DNA of 64,000 nt from Chiloscyllium plagiosum (taxonomy: Eukaryota): assembly GCF_004010195.1 (NCBI RefSeq), contig NC_057718.1:6300857-6364856 (forward strand). The letters are read 5' to 3'. Below are positions 51,110 to 63,887 of this stretch, piece after piece (position 1 is the stretch's first letter; each line of letters begins with the position of its first letter). The notes below the pieces were generated by a model. It did no database searches and was not told the DNA's origin. It was given only the letters and a program-made list of their open reading frames with translations. The translations under genes were made by a program, and so were the position numbers.

Positions 51110-51930
51110 TAATAGTCTCACCTCTGAGTCCCACGTGAGAGACTTCACCACAAAATCTAGGCTGACACTGATGGAGTACTGCACTATCGGTGATTTTGAA
51201 TTTCTAATTAAACTTTAAACTGTGGCCCTAACTACCCTGGAAACAGTGAGGTCTGTAGATGCTGGAGATCAAAGTTGAGAGTGTGTTGCTGGAAAAGCAC
51301 AGCAGGTCAGGCAGCATCCAAAGAGCAGGAAAATCAATGTTTTGGGCAGAAGCATATTCTCCTGATGAAGGGCTCCGGCCCAAAACGCTGATTTTCCTGC
51401 TCCTCGGATGCTGTCTGACCTGCTGTGCTTTTCCCTAGCTACACTGCCAGATGGAAACAATATATCCCAAGGGAGTGCTTTCGAGAAGGGGCTTGGTTAG
51501 CTCACCTGGCTAGATAGCTGGTTTACAATTGAGACTGATGCCAGCTGCATGGGTTCAATTCTAGTAATGGCTGATTTTACCCCAAGTTCCTTCCCAAACT
51601 CCTCTGTGTGCCTGAGGTGTGATGACATTCAGATTAAATCACACTTAGTTATCTCTCTCTAATGGGAGAGCAGCCCTATGATCCAAAGGGCTCTGGTAAC
51701 TTTCCCTTCACTTTAAAGAAGTCCGGGGATCGATTTCCTGAGGTAATAATTACCCCAACATCATTGAGACAAAAAAATTCGAGGTCACATTTGCCATTTG
51801 GGGGACCTGTGGACAAGGTGTGTTTTAAATTTCAACAGTGTGTACATTCAAAGTAGGTCATTGACTCCAAAGTGATTTTGGACAGCCCTGAGACAACTTG
51901 AGAGGTGCTATAGAAATGCAAGATTGTGCT
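51110..51930 (+). mobile_element. old Deu-domain-type SINE (SacSINE1/AmnSINE1-like) with nested inserts (Penelope fold-back about 51240-51445; a small tRNA SINE about 51490-51712)
   Basis: ctcacctctgagtc...tctaggctgacact...gcactatcgg head and gtgctatagaaatgcaag tail; related decayed copies at about 23820-24100 and 40630-40950. Confidence 0.55.
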
Positions 51931-52479
51931 TCTTAAGTCACAATCAGCTGCTTATAACATTCAGTATTTGTCGTGATCCATTTTCTGCTGGTTACCCAAA
52001 ATTTGTTTAATTTGATAAAATAAATTAGTGAAACCGTTTACATTGACAGAAAACACATAGCTCAGGGAAAGAGAAGCAAATTATGATTAGAAAGCCAGAA
52101 TTTGAATAGCTCAATGACAATACTCAAGTCTCTGAAGTGGGAGTGAACACTCAATATTTTGATTAAAACATAACTGTGATACCAGTGGGGTCACACCTAA
52201 CATAGGTTTGGAATGCATTGCCTGAAAAGGTGAATGAAGCATTTTAGAAATAAATTTGGGATAAGTACTTGAAGCAGAGAAAATTGCAGGTAAATGGATA
52301 AAGAACAGAGATATGGGACCAATTGGAGTTTTCCTCAAGGCACATGAGGCAATCCATTTCTTCCATTGTGGTCTGTCAAGCCAAGTATGTTTGACTTTGA
52401 TCAGAGTGATATATTGTCTTAACATTTAGCAGATGTGTAACATTGCACAGTTGATCATAATTATCAGTCTGTAACTACA

Positions 52480-53000
52480 CAAGGCACCGGTGAGACCACA
52501 TCTGCAGCACCATGTACAGTTTTGGGCTCCTTATTTGAAAAAGGATAGAATCGTGTTTGATGAGTTCAGAATATGCTGACCAGATTCATTCCTGGAATGA
52601 AGGGCTTATCTTCTGAAGAAAGGATTGGACACGTACCCACTGAAGCCTGGAAGGATGAGAGGCCATCTTACTTAAACATGTAAGATGCTGAAAGGAATGT
52701 ACTAGGGAGTTAGAAGTGGGATTTTTTCCATTGGGAGCGAGACTAGAATTGGGGAAGCAGGTTAGGAAAATCTGACCTCCTCTCTGAGAAGAGAAATTAG
52801 CATTCAGGGGATCATTAGTCTGTGGAATTTTCTTCTTCAGAAAACAATGGAGAGGGGATATTTAAATTTATTCATGGAGGAGTTAGATAGATTTTCAATA
52901 AATGGGGGTTCAATTTGGAACAGGCTAGGAAATGGATTTGAGATCACATGGTCAGTCATGGCAGAGCAAACTTGAAGATTGCAATGTCCTGCTCCGGTGT
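52480..53000 (+). mobile_element. old CR1 3' fragment
   Basis: gtgagaccacatctgcag...cagttttgggctccttattt pattern. Confidence 0.7.
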
Positions 53001-53984
53001 TCTGAGGTGAGTTTCCTTGTCTCTGGGTTGCTTCAGTAATGAATAGGTGCAAAGGTTATTAACCTGACTTACAACCCCCTCACTATTAGACCTGCAGCTT
53101 TGGCTCCTAATGTTTGACCACTCTGGTTTAGCTGCCTAACTGGTTCAGGGTTTGACTTACTCTGTGAGGCTCTGGAGGAATATTGGAGTATTCAAGAACT
53201 CCTTACAACATCATGATACAGGCCAATAAAGTAGATTCATCAAGGCATGGGATCCACAGGCTTCCCTGAAGTCAGACCAAAACTTAGCTCCTACTTAGAC
53301 TGAAACAAATAGCAGGAGAAAGCACATCATATATCTGGAAGCTCCATCATTCACAACCAAATCGTTATTCCATCAAGAAATCACTTGTGGCAATTTTCAC
53401 TGATTAACTGATTATCAGTAAACCCACATTTCCAATTCGGTCTCTTCCATTTTTTTGTATATCCAGGAGTATGCTTCCACTCCATGGTATGTCCCTTTCT
53501 CCACCACCAAATCAGTCAGGCTAATTTTTCATTGATTACACACCTCCAGTAAATCGCCTGTACTTCTCAGTTGATTAATTTACATGCAAATCCATTAAAA
53601 GGGCAATGCAAACATCAAAGTTGAGGGAGAGGTGGGTAGGCAAGGAAGGGACAAAACAGATACAGTCAAATGGAAAACAAGAACCACAGGTCCAGCAGGA
53701 AGAATATTGAAAAAGAGTTATTGAAAAGTTAGAAGTTTCCTGCAACACTCTCTTGTTCATACATTTTAGTTCAGTTCCTTTGTCACTGGTCATTTCAAGG
53801 ACACAGTTTTAATCAGTCAATAATAACGCAAACTAAATTGCCCACAGTTTTTAGAAGATATCTTGAGTTTTCAGAAGCTTTCACTGGGCCACCCAAGTCA
53901 AAAGTGCACATTTTCGGGGAGTTAGGGGAGTTTTAATCACTCGCAGGACACGGGGCTTCTTGGCTGAGTTGAAGAGGGTTGTGG

Positions 53985-54262
53985 GGCTGGAAAAGCACAG
54001 CTGGTCAGGCAGTATCCGAGGAGCAAGAGAATTGACGTTTTGAGCACAAGCTCTTCATCAGGAATGAGGGGGTGGCCCAAGGGGGCTGCGAGGTAAATAG
54101 GAGGAGGGGGGGTGGAGCGGGGGTAAGGTAGCTAAGAATGCGATAGATAGGTGAAGTTGGGGGTGAAGGTGACAAGTCGGAGAGGAGAGTAGAGCAGATA
54201 GGTGGGAAGGAAGGTGGATAGGTAGGACAGGTTAAGAGGGTGGTGCTGAATTGGAAGGTTTC
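53985..54262 (-). mobile_element. Penelope family-A 3' fragment
   Basis: Terminus, decayed hammerhead (about 54035-54062) and purine-rich strand of the 3' UTR homologous to 12360-12680. Confidence 0.8.
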
Positions 54263-54721
54263 CTGACCTTAGTTGTCCTTGAGAAGGTGGTGTTGAACTG
54301 CCTTCTTGATCCACTGTAGTCCACATACTATAGGCAGACCCACATGTTGTTAGTGAGGGAGTTCCAGGATTCTGGCCCAGTGACACTGAGCGAATGGAGA
54401 TGTCTTGAACCATTGTTGTTTGACTATTCATCCAGAAACTCAGCTAAGATATGAGGACCCTGGGTCTGTGTCCTGCTATGGCAGAAGGAGGACTTTGAAT
54501 TCAACAAATATCCGGAATTACAAATGTGGAAAGTAAGCATCCTCAGCTCTGGTTTTCATTAAGAGAGGTCAAGTTCTGTCAATTCATTCAATGCAAATTA
54601 AAGCAAAATTCTGAGGAAGAGTCATACTGAACTTGAAGCATTAACTCTGTTCTTCTCTCTCTACAGATGCTGCAGGATCTGTTGAGTTTCTCCAGTGTTC
54701 TTTGCATTTTTTTCTTAAAAG

Positions 54722-54975
54722 ATTATTTACAGTGTGGAAACAGGCCCTATGGCCCAACAAGTCTACACAGACCCAGACCCATTCTCCTAACACTACGGGC
54801 AATTTAGCACGGTCAATTCACCTAACCTGCACATCTTTGGACTGTGGGCAGAAACCGGAGCAAACCCACGCACACACGGGGAGAAAGTGCAAACTTCACA
54901 CAGACAGTAACCTAAGGCAGGAATTGAACCCAGGTCTCTAGCACTGTGAGGTAGTAGTGCTAACCACTGTGCCAC
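54722..54975 (-). mobile_element. HE1-type V-SINE
   Basis: Head, core and tail. Confidence 0.88.
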
Positions 54976-55421
54976 TTGTTTCATGTAATGCAGCTTTAAG
55001 GGGGAGAAAGAGGAATTATTGTATGTTTCACATGAAGAGAGCATGTACTATTGACAAACCAACTGTTGCTTTTTATGTGCTGACTGCCCTTTTTCTTCAC
55101 AGTGTGAATCGGCTCAGAAATACCATCTACTCTTAAAATACCCCTGGCCTTATCCAGTGTTTATAAATGTCAATGGATCTTCATGTTAATGGTTAGTGCT
55201 GAGCACTTCAAAGGCCTTTCAATAATGTTCTTCCACAAATTTACTGCAGACACATGTTAAATTTATCAAAACCATTTAAAGGCTGGTTGCTTTCAGCTCA
55301 GAAGTATTGGCAGAGAGGAGGAAATTTACCGAGAAACCGGGGGACTTCTCTTCGAATTATGCATGGGTCCCAAACACGTACCAGGAAAAGCCAATAACAT
55401 ATTGGTTCCAATCAGAATGAC

Positions 55422-55545
55422 TGCGCCTGATGGAGAAGCAGCGCTCCAAAAGCTTGTGATTTCAAATAAACCTGTTGGACTATAACCTGTTGTCATGTGA
55501 CTCCTGATCTTGTTCACCCCTGTCCAACACCAGCACCCCCACATC
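55422..55545 (+). mobile_element. Penelope family-B terminal fragment
   Basis: cctgatggagaagcagcgctccaaaagc...ctataacctg...tccaacaccagcacc. Confidence 0.75.
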
Positions 55546-56059
55546 TGGGCTCAAAATGCAATTTCGTGTTCAGTGCATCATGTGTAGAACTCTGTCAGTA
55601 CTGCATGCATTTATACTCTGAGAGCATGTCGAGAGAAACACTTACAACTTCTGTTGCTGACACCTTGCAACATCTGCTTGGGGATTTCCATCTCTCGTTT
55701 TCTTATTTTAGGTGTTGAGAGATATACTGTGCACTTCCTCTATCTTCTGTTTTCATTTTAGGTTTCCAATTGACATTTCGTACGGCCAAACTCTAATTGC
55801 AACAAACTTTGTTTCTTTAAATCACTCAGCGGAGCAAAAAACTTAAGTTATTTCAGCTGAAACTCCACTATACCCTTTGGAAAATCTCAATGCATGCATT
55901 CCTGATAAAAGGAATTCCCTTTCTGATCCTGAGGGATTTCTACTGCTCCATGTTCATCTGTTCCATGATGTTTTTCTATACATGTAGGGAGCTGCATGCT
56001 TGTCTGTGAGCACTCTGCATTGATATCTTTTGTTAACTCATATGTAAAAGCAAAAGTGA

Positions 56060-56357
56060 CTAGATCACCTACAGTATGGAAACAGGCCCTTCGGCCTAAC
56101 AAGTCCACACTGACCCTCCAAAGAGTAACCCACCCAGACCCTACATTTATCCCTGACTAATGCACCTAACACTATGGGCAATTTAGCATGGCCAATTCAC
56201 TTAACCTGCACATCTTTAGATTGTGGGAGGAAACCAGAGCACACCCATGCAGAGAATGTGGAAACTCCACACAGACAGTCGCCCAAAGCCACAATCAAAC
56301 CCAGGTCCCTGGCACTGTGAGGCAGCAGTGCTAACCACTGAGCCACTGTGCCACCCA
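56060..56357 (-). mobile_element. HE1-type V-SINE
   Basis: Head, core and tail. Confidence 0.9.
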
Positions 56358-58061
56358 AATGTTGGAGATTCTTAGCAAAACATGGAGCTGAAAGGTTGTG
56401 ACCATCTTACATCATGTGAATAATCCCACAATCTTCTCCTAAGATCTTTCTCAGCACAGACACTTGCCTTGAGCCATATTGGTTCAGACCAAGTCAAGAA
56501 GTGATTGAAGATACTGGATGGAGTAGAGCCATCAGTGTTCCAGAGCTAACTGTGTCCCGAACCTAGCTGTTCTAATGCAGCTACAACATTGATATCTACC
56601 CAGATATGTCCGATTTGCAAAAAGGCAGGACAAACCAATTTGGCTACAACAATTTGGCATCCTGTCAGTCTAATGAATAAAGTGGTATTAGCTGAAATTA
56701 ACAATACAACAAACTGGTTTCTCTAGCAACAGATAATTCACCAAAGCTCCAGATCTCATTCCAGCTTTGGTCCAAACATTCACAAAAGACTTGAAGTAAC
56801 TGTCCTTCACATTGAAGAAACATTTGACATCGAGGAGCCCTCGAAAAATTGAAGTCCATTGTGATGAGGAAAATAACTTTGCTCTGGTTGGAGACATGCC
56901 CAGCATATGGAGGAGATAGTGGTGTTGTGGTAATGCCCCAGGTAAGTCAAAGGCCCAGGCTAGTGCTTTTGGGACATGGGTTCAAGGCAGTTAATGGAAT
57001 GTAAGGTTATTTCTTAAGTTTGGAATTAGCATTGGTGGCCACAAAGCAATCATTGGTTATCAAATGAAACCCACCTAGTTCACTACGATTCTCTAGGGAA
57101 GAAAATCTGCCGTCCTTACTTGGTCTGCCCAACATGGGGCTCCAGACCCACAGCAATGTGGCTGACTCCAAACTGCCCTATGAAATGGCCCAGCAAAGCA
57201 CTCAGTTCAAGGGTATTGAAGATGGACACCAAATGCTGGTCATGCCCACATCCTGTGACCAATAGAACATAGAACATAGAACTGTTCAGCACAAGAACAG
57301 GCCCTTCAGCCCACGATGTTGTGCTGAACATGATGCCAAATTAAACTAATCCCAGACTCCTACCACTCTCTGTGTAAACACTTTGCCCCTCAAATCTCCC
57401 TTGAACCTCCCCCCTTACCTTAAATGCATGGCTCCTAATATAAAGCATTTCAACATTGGAAAAAATATTCTGACCGTCAACCCGAGCTATGCAACTCATA
57501 AATTTCCACATTTATATCAAGTTTCCCCTCAGCCTCTGCCGCTCCAGAGAAAACAACCCAGATTTAGAAAATAGGACATGGAGCATGGAACAGTACAGCA
57601 CAGAACAGGCCCTTCAGCCCACGATGTTGTGCCGACCATTGATCCTCATCTAAGGTAAACCTAATGTATGAACCCTCAAATTTCTGTGACCATATGCATG
57701 TCCAGCAGTCTCTTAAATATCCCCAATGACCTCACTTCCACAATTGCTGCTGGCAATGCATTCCATGCTCTCTCAAATCTCTGCGTAGAGAACCCGCCTT
57801 TGACATCCCCTCTATACTTTCCACCAAACAGCTTAAAACTATGACCCCTCGTGTTAACAATTTCTGCCCTGGGAAAAAGTCTCTGGCTATCAACTCTATC
57901 TATTCCTCTCATTATCTTGTATACCTCAATTAGGTCCCCTCTCTTCCTTCTTTTTTTCCAATGGAAAAAGTCCGAGTTCAGTCAACCTCTCTTAATAAGA
58001 TAAGTCCTCCATTCCAGGCAGCATCCTGGTAAACCTCCTCTGAACCCTCTCCAAAGCATCC

Positions 58062-58429
58062 NNNNNNNNNNNNNNNNNNNNNNNNNNNNNNNNNNNNNNN
58101 NNNNNNNNNNNNNNNNNNNNNNNNNNNNNNNNNNNNNNNNNNNNNNNNNNNNNNNNNNNNNNNNNNNNNNNNNNNNNNNNNNNNNNNNNNNNNNNNNNNN
58201 NNNNNNNNNNNNNNNNNNNNNNNNNNNNNNNNNNNNNNNNNNNNNNNNNNNNNNNNNNNNNNNNNNNNNNNNNNNNNNNNNNNNNNNNNNNNNNNNNNNN
58301 NNNNNNNNNNNNNNNNNNNNNNNNNNNNNNNNNNNNNNNNNNNNNNNNNNNNNNNNNNNNNNNNNNNNNNNNNNNNNNNNNNNNNNNNNNNNNNNNNNNN
58401 NNNNNNNNNNNNNNNNNNNNNNNNNNNNN
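58062..58429. other. assembly gap (368 N) inside a CR1 copy
   Basis: N run. Confidence 1.
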
Positions 58430-60609
58430 ATCCCATTCCTACTGACCTTCTGAATGAGCATACCATGGGGAACCTTATCAAATGCCATGCTGAAGTCCAT
58501 ATACACAACATCCACCGCTCGACCCTCATCAACCTGTCTAGTAACATCCTCAAAGAACTCAATAAGATTTGTGAGGCATGACCTGCCCCTCACAAAGCCG
58601 TGCTGACTGCATTTAATCAAGCCATACTCTTCTAGGTGGTCATAAATTCTATCCCTCAGAATCCTTTCTAACACCTTTCAGACAACAGACGTGAGACTGA
58701 CTGGTCTTTAATTGCCGGGCATTTCCCTATTTCCTTTCTTGAGGAGAGGAATTACATTTGCCTCTCTCCAGTCCTCAGGTATGAATCCGGTGGAGAGCGA
58801 GGATGCAATGATCTTCGCAAGTGGTGAAGCAATCACATTTCTCACTTCCCAAAGCGGCCGTGGACACATCTGGTCTGGCCCTGGCGACTTGTCAATCTTA
58901 ATGTTTGCCATAATTTTCAGCACATCAGCTTCCTCAATCTCTATCCGTTCCAGCCTGCTTACCTGCTCCTCAACGGTTTCATTCACTACAAGATCCTTTT
59001 CTTTATTAAAGACAGAAGCAAAAAACTCATTTAGGGCTTCCCCTGCCTCCTCAGACTCTATACACAAGTTCCCTATGTTATCCCTGATCGGCCCTACTCT
59101 TTCTTTGCCCAGCCTTTCCTTATACCTCCTAATCCAGGCAGCATCTTGGTTTACCCCTTGTGCACCCTTTCCAAAGCCTCCACATCCTTGCTGTAATGTG
59201 GCAACCAGAACTGAACACAATACTCTAAGTGCAGCTGAGACAAAGTCTTATAAAGCTGCGACATGACACAGCGTCTCAGAGACATAGAGTCATACAGCAC
59301 AGGGATAGACCCTTTGGTCCAATCAGTCCATGTCAATCATAATCCCAAACTAAACTAGGCCCACCTGCCTGCTCCTGAACCATATCCCTCCAAACCTTTC
59401 CCATTCTTGTATCGATCCAAATGTCTTTTGAAAATTGTAATTGTACCCATATCCACCATTTCCTCAGGAAGTTCATCTCACATGTGAACCACACCCTGTA
59501 TAAAAAAATTGCCTCTCATGTCTTTTTTATATCTCCCTCCTCTTACCTTAAATATGTGCCTCCTCATCTTGAAATCCCCAATCCTAGGGAAAAGACAACT
59601 ACCAATAACACTATCTATACCTCATTATTTTATAAACTTCTATAATGTAGCCTCTCAACCTCCTATACTCCAGTAAAATAAAAAAGTCCCAGCCTATCCA
59701 GCCTTCCTTTACAACTCAAACCCTCCATACCTGGCAACATCCTGGTAAATCCCTTCTGAACAGTGTTTAATAATACGTTTCCCATAGCTGGGAGAACAGA
59801 ACTAGACATGGTATTCCAGAAGAAGCCTTGCCAATATCCTGCACAACCTCACCACAACTTCCCAACTCTTATATTCAAAGGACTGAGCAATGAAGGTAAG
59901 TGTGCCAACAGCCTTTTTAACCACCCTGTCAAGATGTGATGCAAACTTCAATGAATTATGTAACTGTACCCTTTGGTCCCTCTGTTCTACAACACTACCC
60001 AAGGCCCTATCATTTATTGTATAAGCCCTACCCTTATTTGTTGGATCAAAATGCAATGCGGTGCATTTATCCAGATTGAATTGCATCTGCCATTTTTCTG
60101 CCCATTGACTCATTGATCAAGAACCCTTTGTAATCTGAGAAAACATTCTACACCATCTACAAGTACTGCTAATATTGGTGTCGTCTGCAAACTTACTAAC
60201 CATGCCTTCTATATTCTCATCCAAATCATTCATATAATTGACAAATAAAAGAGGACCGGACTCTAATCAGAGTGTTGCTGGAAAAGCACAGCAGTTCAAG
60301 CAGCATCCGAGGAGCAGGAAAATCGACGTTTCGGGCAAAAGCCCTTCAGGACCCAGAGTCAATCCCAGTGGAAAACGACGAGTCACAGGCCTCCACTTCA
60401 AAAAGCAACCCTCCACCATTACTCTCTGTCTCCTGCCATTGAGGCAGTTTTGTATCCAATTGGCAAGCTCATCCTAAATCCCATGCGACCCAACTTTACT
60501 AATTAGTCTACAATGCAGAATCTTGTCAAAGGCTTTATTAAAACCCAAATAAACAACATCTACTGCTCTGCCATCATCAATGTTTTCGTAACTTCCTCAA
60601 AAAACTCAG

Positions 60610-60822
60610 TTAAACATCACACAACACCAGGTTATAGTCCAACAGGTTTAATTGGAAGCACACTAGCTTTCGGAGCGACGCTCCTTCATCACGTGATAGT
60701 CAGGTGAAGGAGCATCGCTCCGAAAGTTAGTGTGCTTCCAATTAAACCTGTTGGACTATAACCTGGTGTTGTGTGATTTTTTAACTTTGTACACCCCAGT
60801 CCAACACCGGCATCTCCAAATC
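60610..60822. mobile_element. Penelope-derived fold-back mini-element, family B
   Basis: Near-perfect inverted arms meeting at two hammerhead remnants (60666-60727); TSD-like caaaaa(a)ctca. Confidence 0.85.
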
Positions 60823-61419
60823 AAAAAACTCAATCATGTTTGTGAGACACGATTTTCCACACACAAAACCATGCTGACTATCCTGAATCAATTTTTGCCT
60901 CTCTAATTGTCCATAAATCACAACATCCTAACCCTGGTACTCAATACTCCAATAAATAAAGGCAAGCATGTCATATGCCTTCTTTACCACCCTATCTACT
61001 TGTGTGACCACTTTCAGTGAGCAATGGACTTGAACCCCAAGATCCCTTTTATACATCAATCCTGTTCAGGGTCCTGCAACAAGAGTAAAGCAAATCAAAG
61101 GAAGATTGTGTGGTTGTTGGCGAAGAACAATTTCAGTCCAATATATCACTGTCGAGTTTATTTGAGCAAAAAACATCTTCAGCTGTGTCATGCATGACCT
61201 TCCATCCATCTTAAGATTAGAAATGGAGATATTCATTGATGGTTTCACAATGTTCATGACGCATAGATATGAAACAGTCCATGTCCAAAAACACAAGATC
61301 TGAATCACATTGGAACATGGCAACCAGCAAGGCTGTGACCATCTCCAACAAATGGGAATTTGACCATCTCCCATGACAATGACATTACTGAACCTCGCAA
61401 CATCAACACTGAGGGAAAA

Positions 61420-62735
61420 CTCATGCTGAAAGTGGGAAATGGTTTTCTTTCTGTAGATGGAAAATTACAGGCTGATTAGCCTGACCTCAGTCATGGGCAA
61501 GATTTTGGCATCCATTGTGAAGGATGAGACTTCTGAATCTTGGAAGTATGTGATAAAATAGGGCAAAGTCAGCATGGTTTTCATCAAGGGGAGGTTATGC
61601 CTGACAAATCTGCTAGAATTCTTTGAGGAAGTAATGAGCAGGTTAGACCAAGGAGAGCCAATGGATTTTATCTATCTGGACTCCAAAAGTCCTTTGATAA
61701 GGTGCTGCACAGGAGGCTGCTGAGTAAGATAAGATCCCATGGTGTTAGAGGCAAGGTGCTGGCATGGATAGAAGCTTGGTCATCTGGCAGAAAGCAGAGA
61801 GTGGGGATGAAAGGGTCCTTCCCAGGATGGCAGCCGGTGACATGTGGTGTTCCGCAAGGCTCAGTGATGGGGCCACAACTTTTCACTTTCTACATTAATG
61901 ATCCAGATGAAGAAACTGAGGGCATTCTGGCTAAATCCGCAGATTATACAAAGATAGGTAGGGGGCAGGTAGCATTGAGGAGGTGGGGAGGCTGCAGAAG
62001 GATTTGGACAAGTGAGGAGAGTGGGCAAAGTAGTGGCAGATGGAGTACAATGTGGGAAAGTGTGAGGTCATGCACTTTGGTAGGAAGGATAGAGGCATGA
62101 ACTATTGTCTAAATGGGGAGAAAATTCAGAAGTCTGAAGTGCAAACAGACTTGACAGTTCCAGTCTAGAATTCTCTCAGGTTAACTTGCAGGTTGAGTCA
62201 ATAGTTAGCAAGGGAAATTCATCTCGAGAGGACTTGAATATAAAAACAGGGATGTACTTCCGAGGCTCTGGTCAGACCACATTTGGAGTTTTGTGCGTAG
62301 TTCTGTGCTCCATATCTCAGGAAGGATATACTGGTCCTGAAGTGTGTTCAGAGGAGATTCACAAGAATGGTCCCAGGAGTGAAACACTTAACACATGAGG
62401 AATGTTTGAGGACTCTGGGTCTATACTCAGTGCAGTTTGGAAGATTGAGGATCTAATTGAAACTTACAGAATGCTGAATGGCCTGATAGTGGATGTTGGG
62501 AAGATGTTTCTATTGGTAGAAGAGACTAGGACCCGATGGCACAGCCTTAGAGTAAAGGGAAGACCTTTTAGAACGGAGGTAAGGAGAAGCTTCTTCAGCC
62601 AGAGAGTGGGGAATCTGTGGAATTCACTGCCACAGAAGGCTGTGGAGGACAGGTCATTGAGTATATTTAAGATTGAGATAGATAGGTTCTTGATTCTTGA
62701 GGGGATCAGGGCATACGGGGAGAAAGTGGGGGAGT
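61420..62735 (+). mobile_element. CR1 LINE (RT to 3' end), frameshifted
   Basis: [21 protein letters not shown]...[13 protein letters not shown]...RTRWHSLRVKG. Confidence 0.92.
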
Positions 62736-62787
62736 GGGGTTCAAATGTGGTCTTTGCAGTTCTCATACATCTTTAACATTATGTTAC

Positions 62788-63030
62788 ATTCCCACCCAGA
62801 CCCAACCCTATCCCTGTAACCCTGCATTTCCCAATAGCTAATCCACCTAGCCTGCACATTCCTGGACACTATGGGCAATTTAGCATGGCCAATCCTCCCT
62901 AACCTGCACATCTTTCAATTGTGGGAGGAAACCGGAGCACTAGGAGGAAGTCCATGCAGACATGAGGAGAACGTGCAAATTTCACATGTTCAAACCTGGG
63001 TCCCTGACGCTCTGAGCCACTGTGCCGCAC
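62788..63030 (-). mobile_element. HE1-type V-SINE (partial)
   Basis: Core and head remnants. Confidence 0.8.
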
Positions 63031-63503
63031 CTTTCACTGAAATGAAAGCCTAATCCCAAAACTAACAGCCTTACAAAATCAGAGTTGACTGCACAGTGAA
63101 AAAAATTAGAGAAAGCCATCAGGCATTGGAAATGAGCGACAGAGATAATGCAGTAGGTGAACTCCCACAATGTGTGTTATTTGACCTGTTGCTAACCATA
63201 ATAATAACTTGATTGAGGTGAACAGTAAAGAAATCTAGTCAGATTGGTTAGTTTGGATTCTTCGTTATTGTCTAATGAACACAGTTTTACAGAAGAATGT
63301 AATAACAAATATAGGCCATTTAACCTGGTGAGCCGTTCTACCAGACAAATAGGTCTTGGATAATTCATTTATCACCCTTGAATCCTTAAACATTGCTGAA
63401 TCAAAATCTACCAACCTCAGTTTTGAAGTTTTCAATTGACTTAATAGATTCTCACAAGAGAGAATTGTACTGATTGCAGCCATGACCAATGGATCTCATT
63501 GAC

Positions 63504-63841
63504 TGTGACATTCTTGATTGGGGTTGTTAACCTTGGTCAGTCAGGGAGCCCTGGCTGACAAATGTAAGCAGGGGATTCTGTTTTTCCTGGTGGTGGAATG
63601 TTAATGAAGTTATTTACACCTAGTATTTTTATGGTGTCTAGCATCTACACACACACAACATGAATGCTGGGGAAAATAAGCACTACTGCTGTAAGGAGAT
63701 GAAAAAATTCAACAGGAGATTCAGAATGTCTCCTTAGTCCAGGGACTCACTCTGAGCTGGCTAGTCAGAGCCAGCGTACTGTGCACAGGTAAATAAAAAG
63801 TGACTTGGTGATGGGAAACCAGCCTCTATGCAGTTATTTCA
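63504..63841 (+). mobile_element. possible small solo LTR
   Basis: TG...CA ends (tgtgac...ttatttca) with aataaa near the 3' end; the 3' end is echoed at about 14270-14308. Confidence 0.45.
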
Positions 63842-63887
63842 AAGCTGAGATGGACACATTTTTAATCAGGAAAGGAATCAAGGCTTT

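Larger units (their letters stand above)
57263..61070 (-). mobile_element. stack of nested CR1 LINE copies
   Basis: Separate 3' tails at about 57265, 57575 and 59280; ORFs 58708-59220 (EALNEFFASVF, KSPGPD) and 57982-58674 (QHGFVRGRSCLTNL, DFSMAFDKVPH). Confidence 0.9.
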
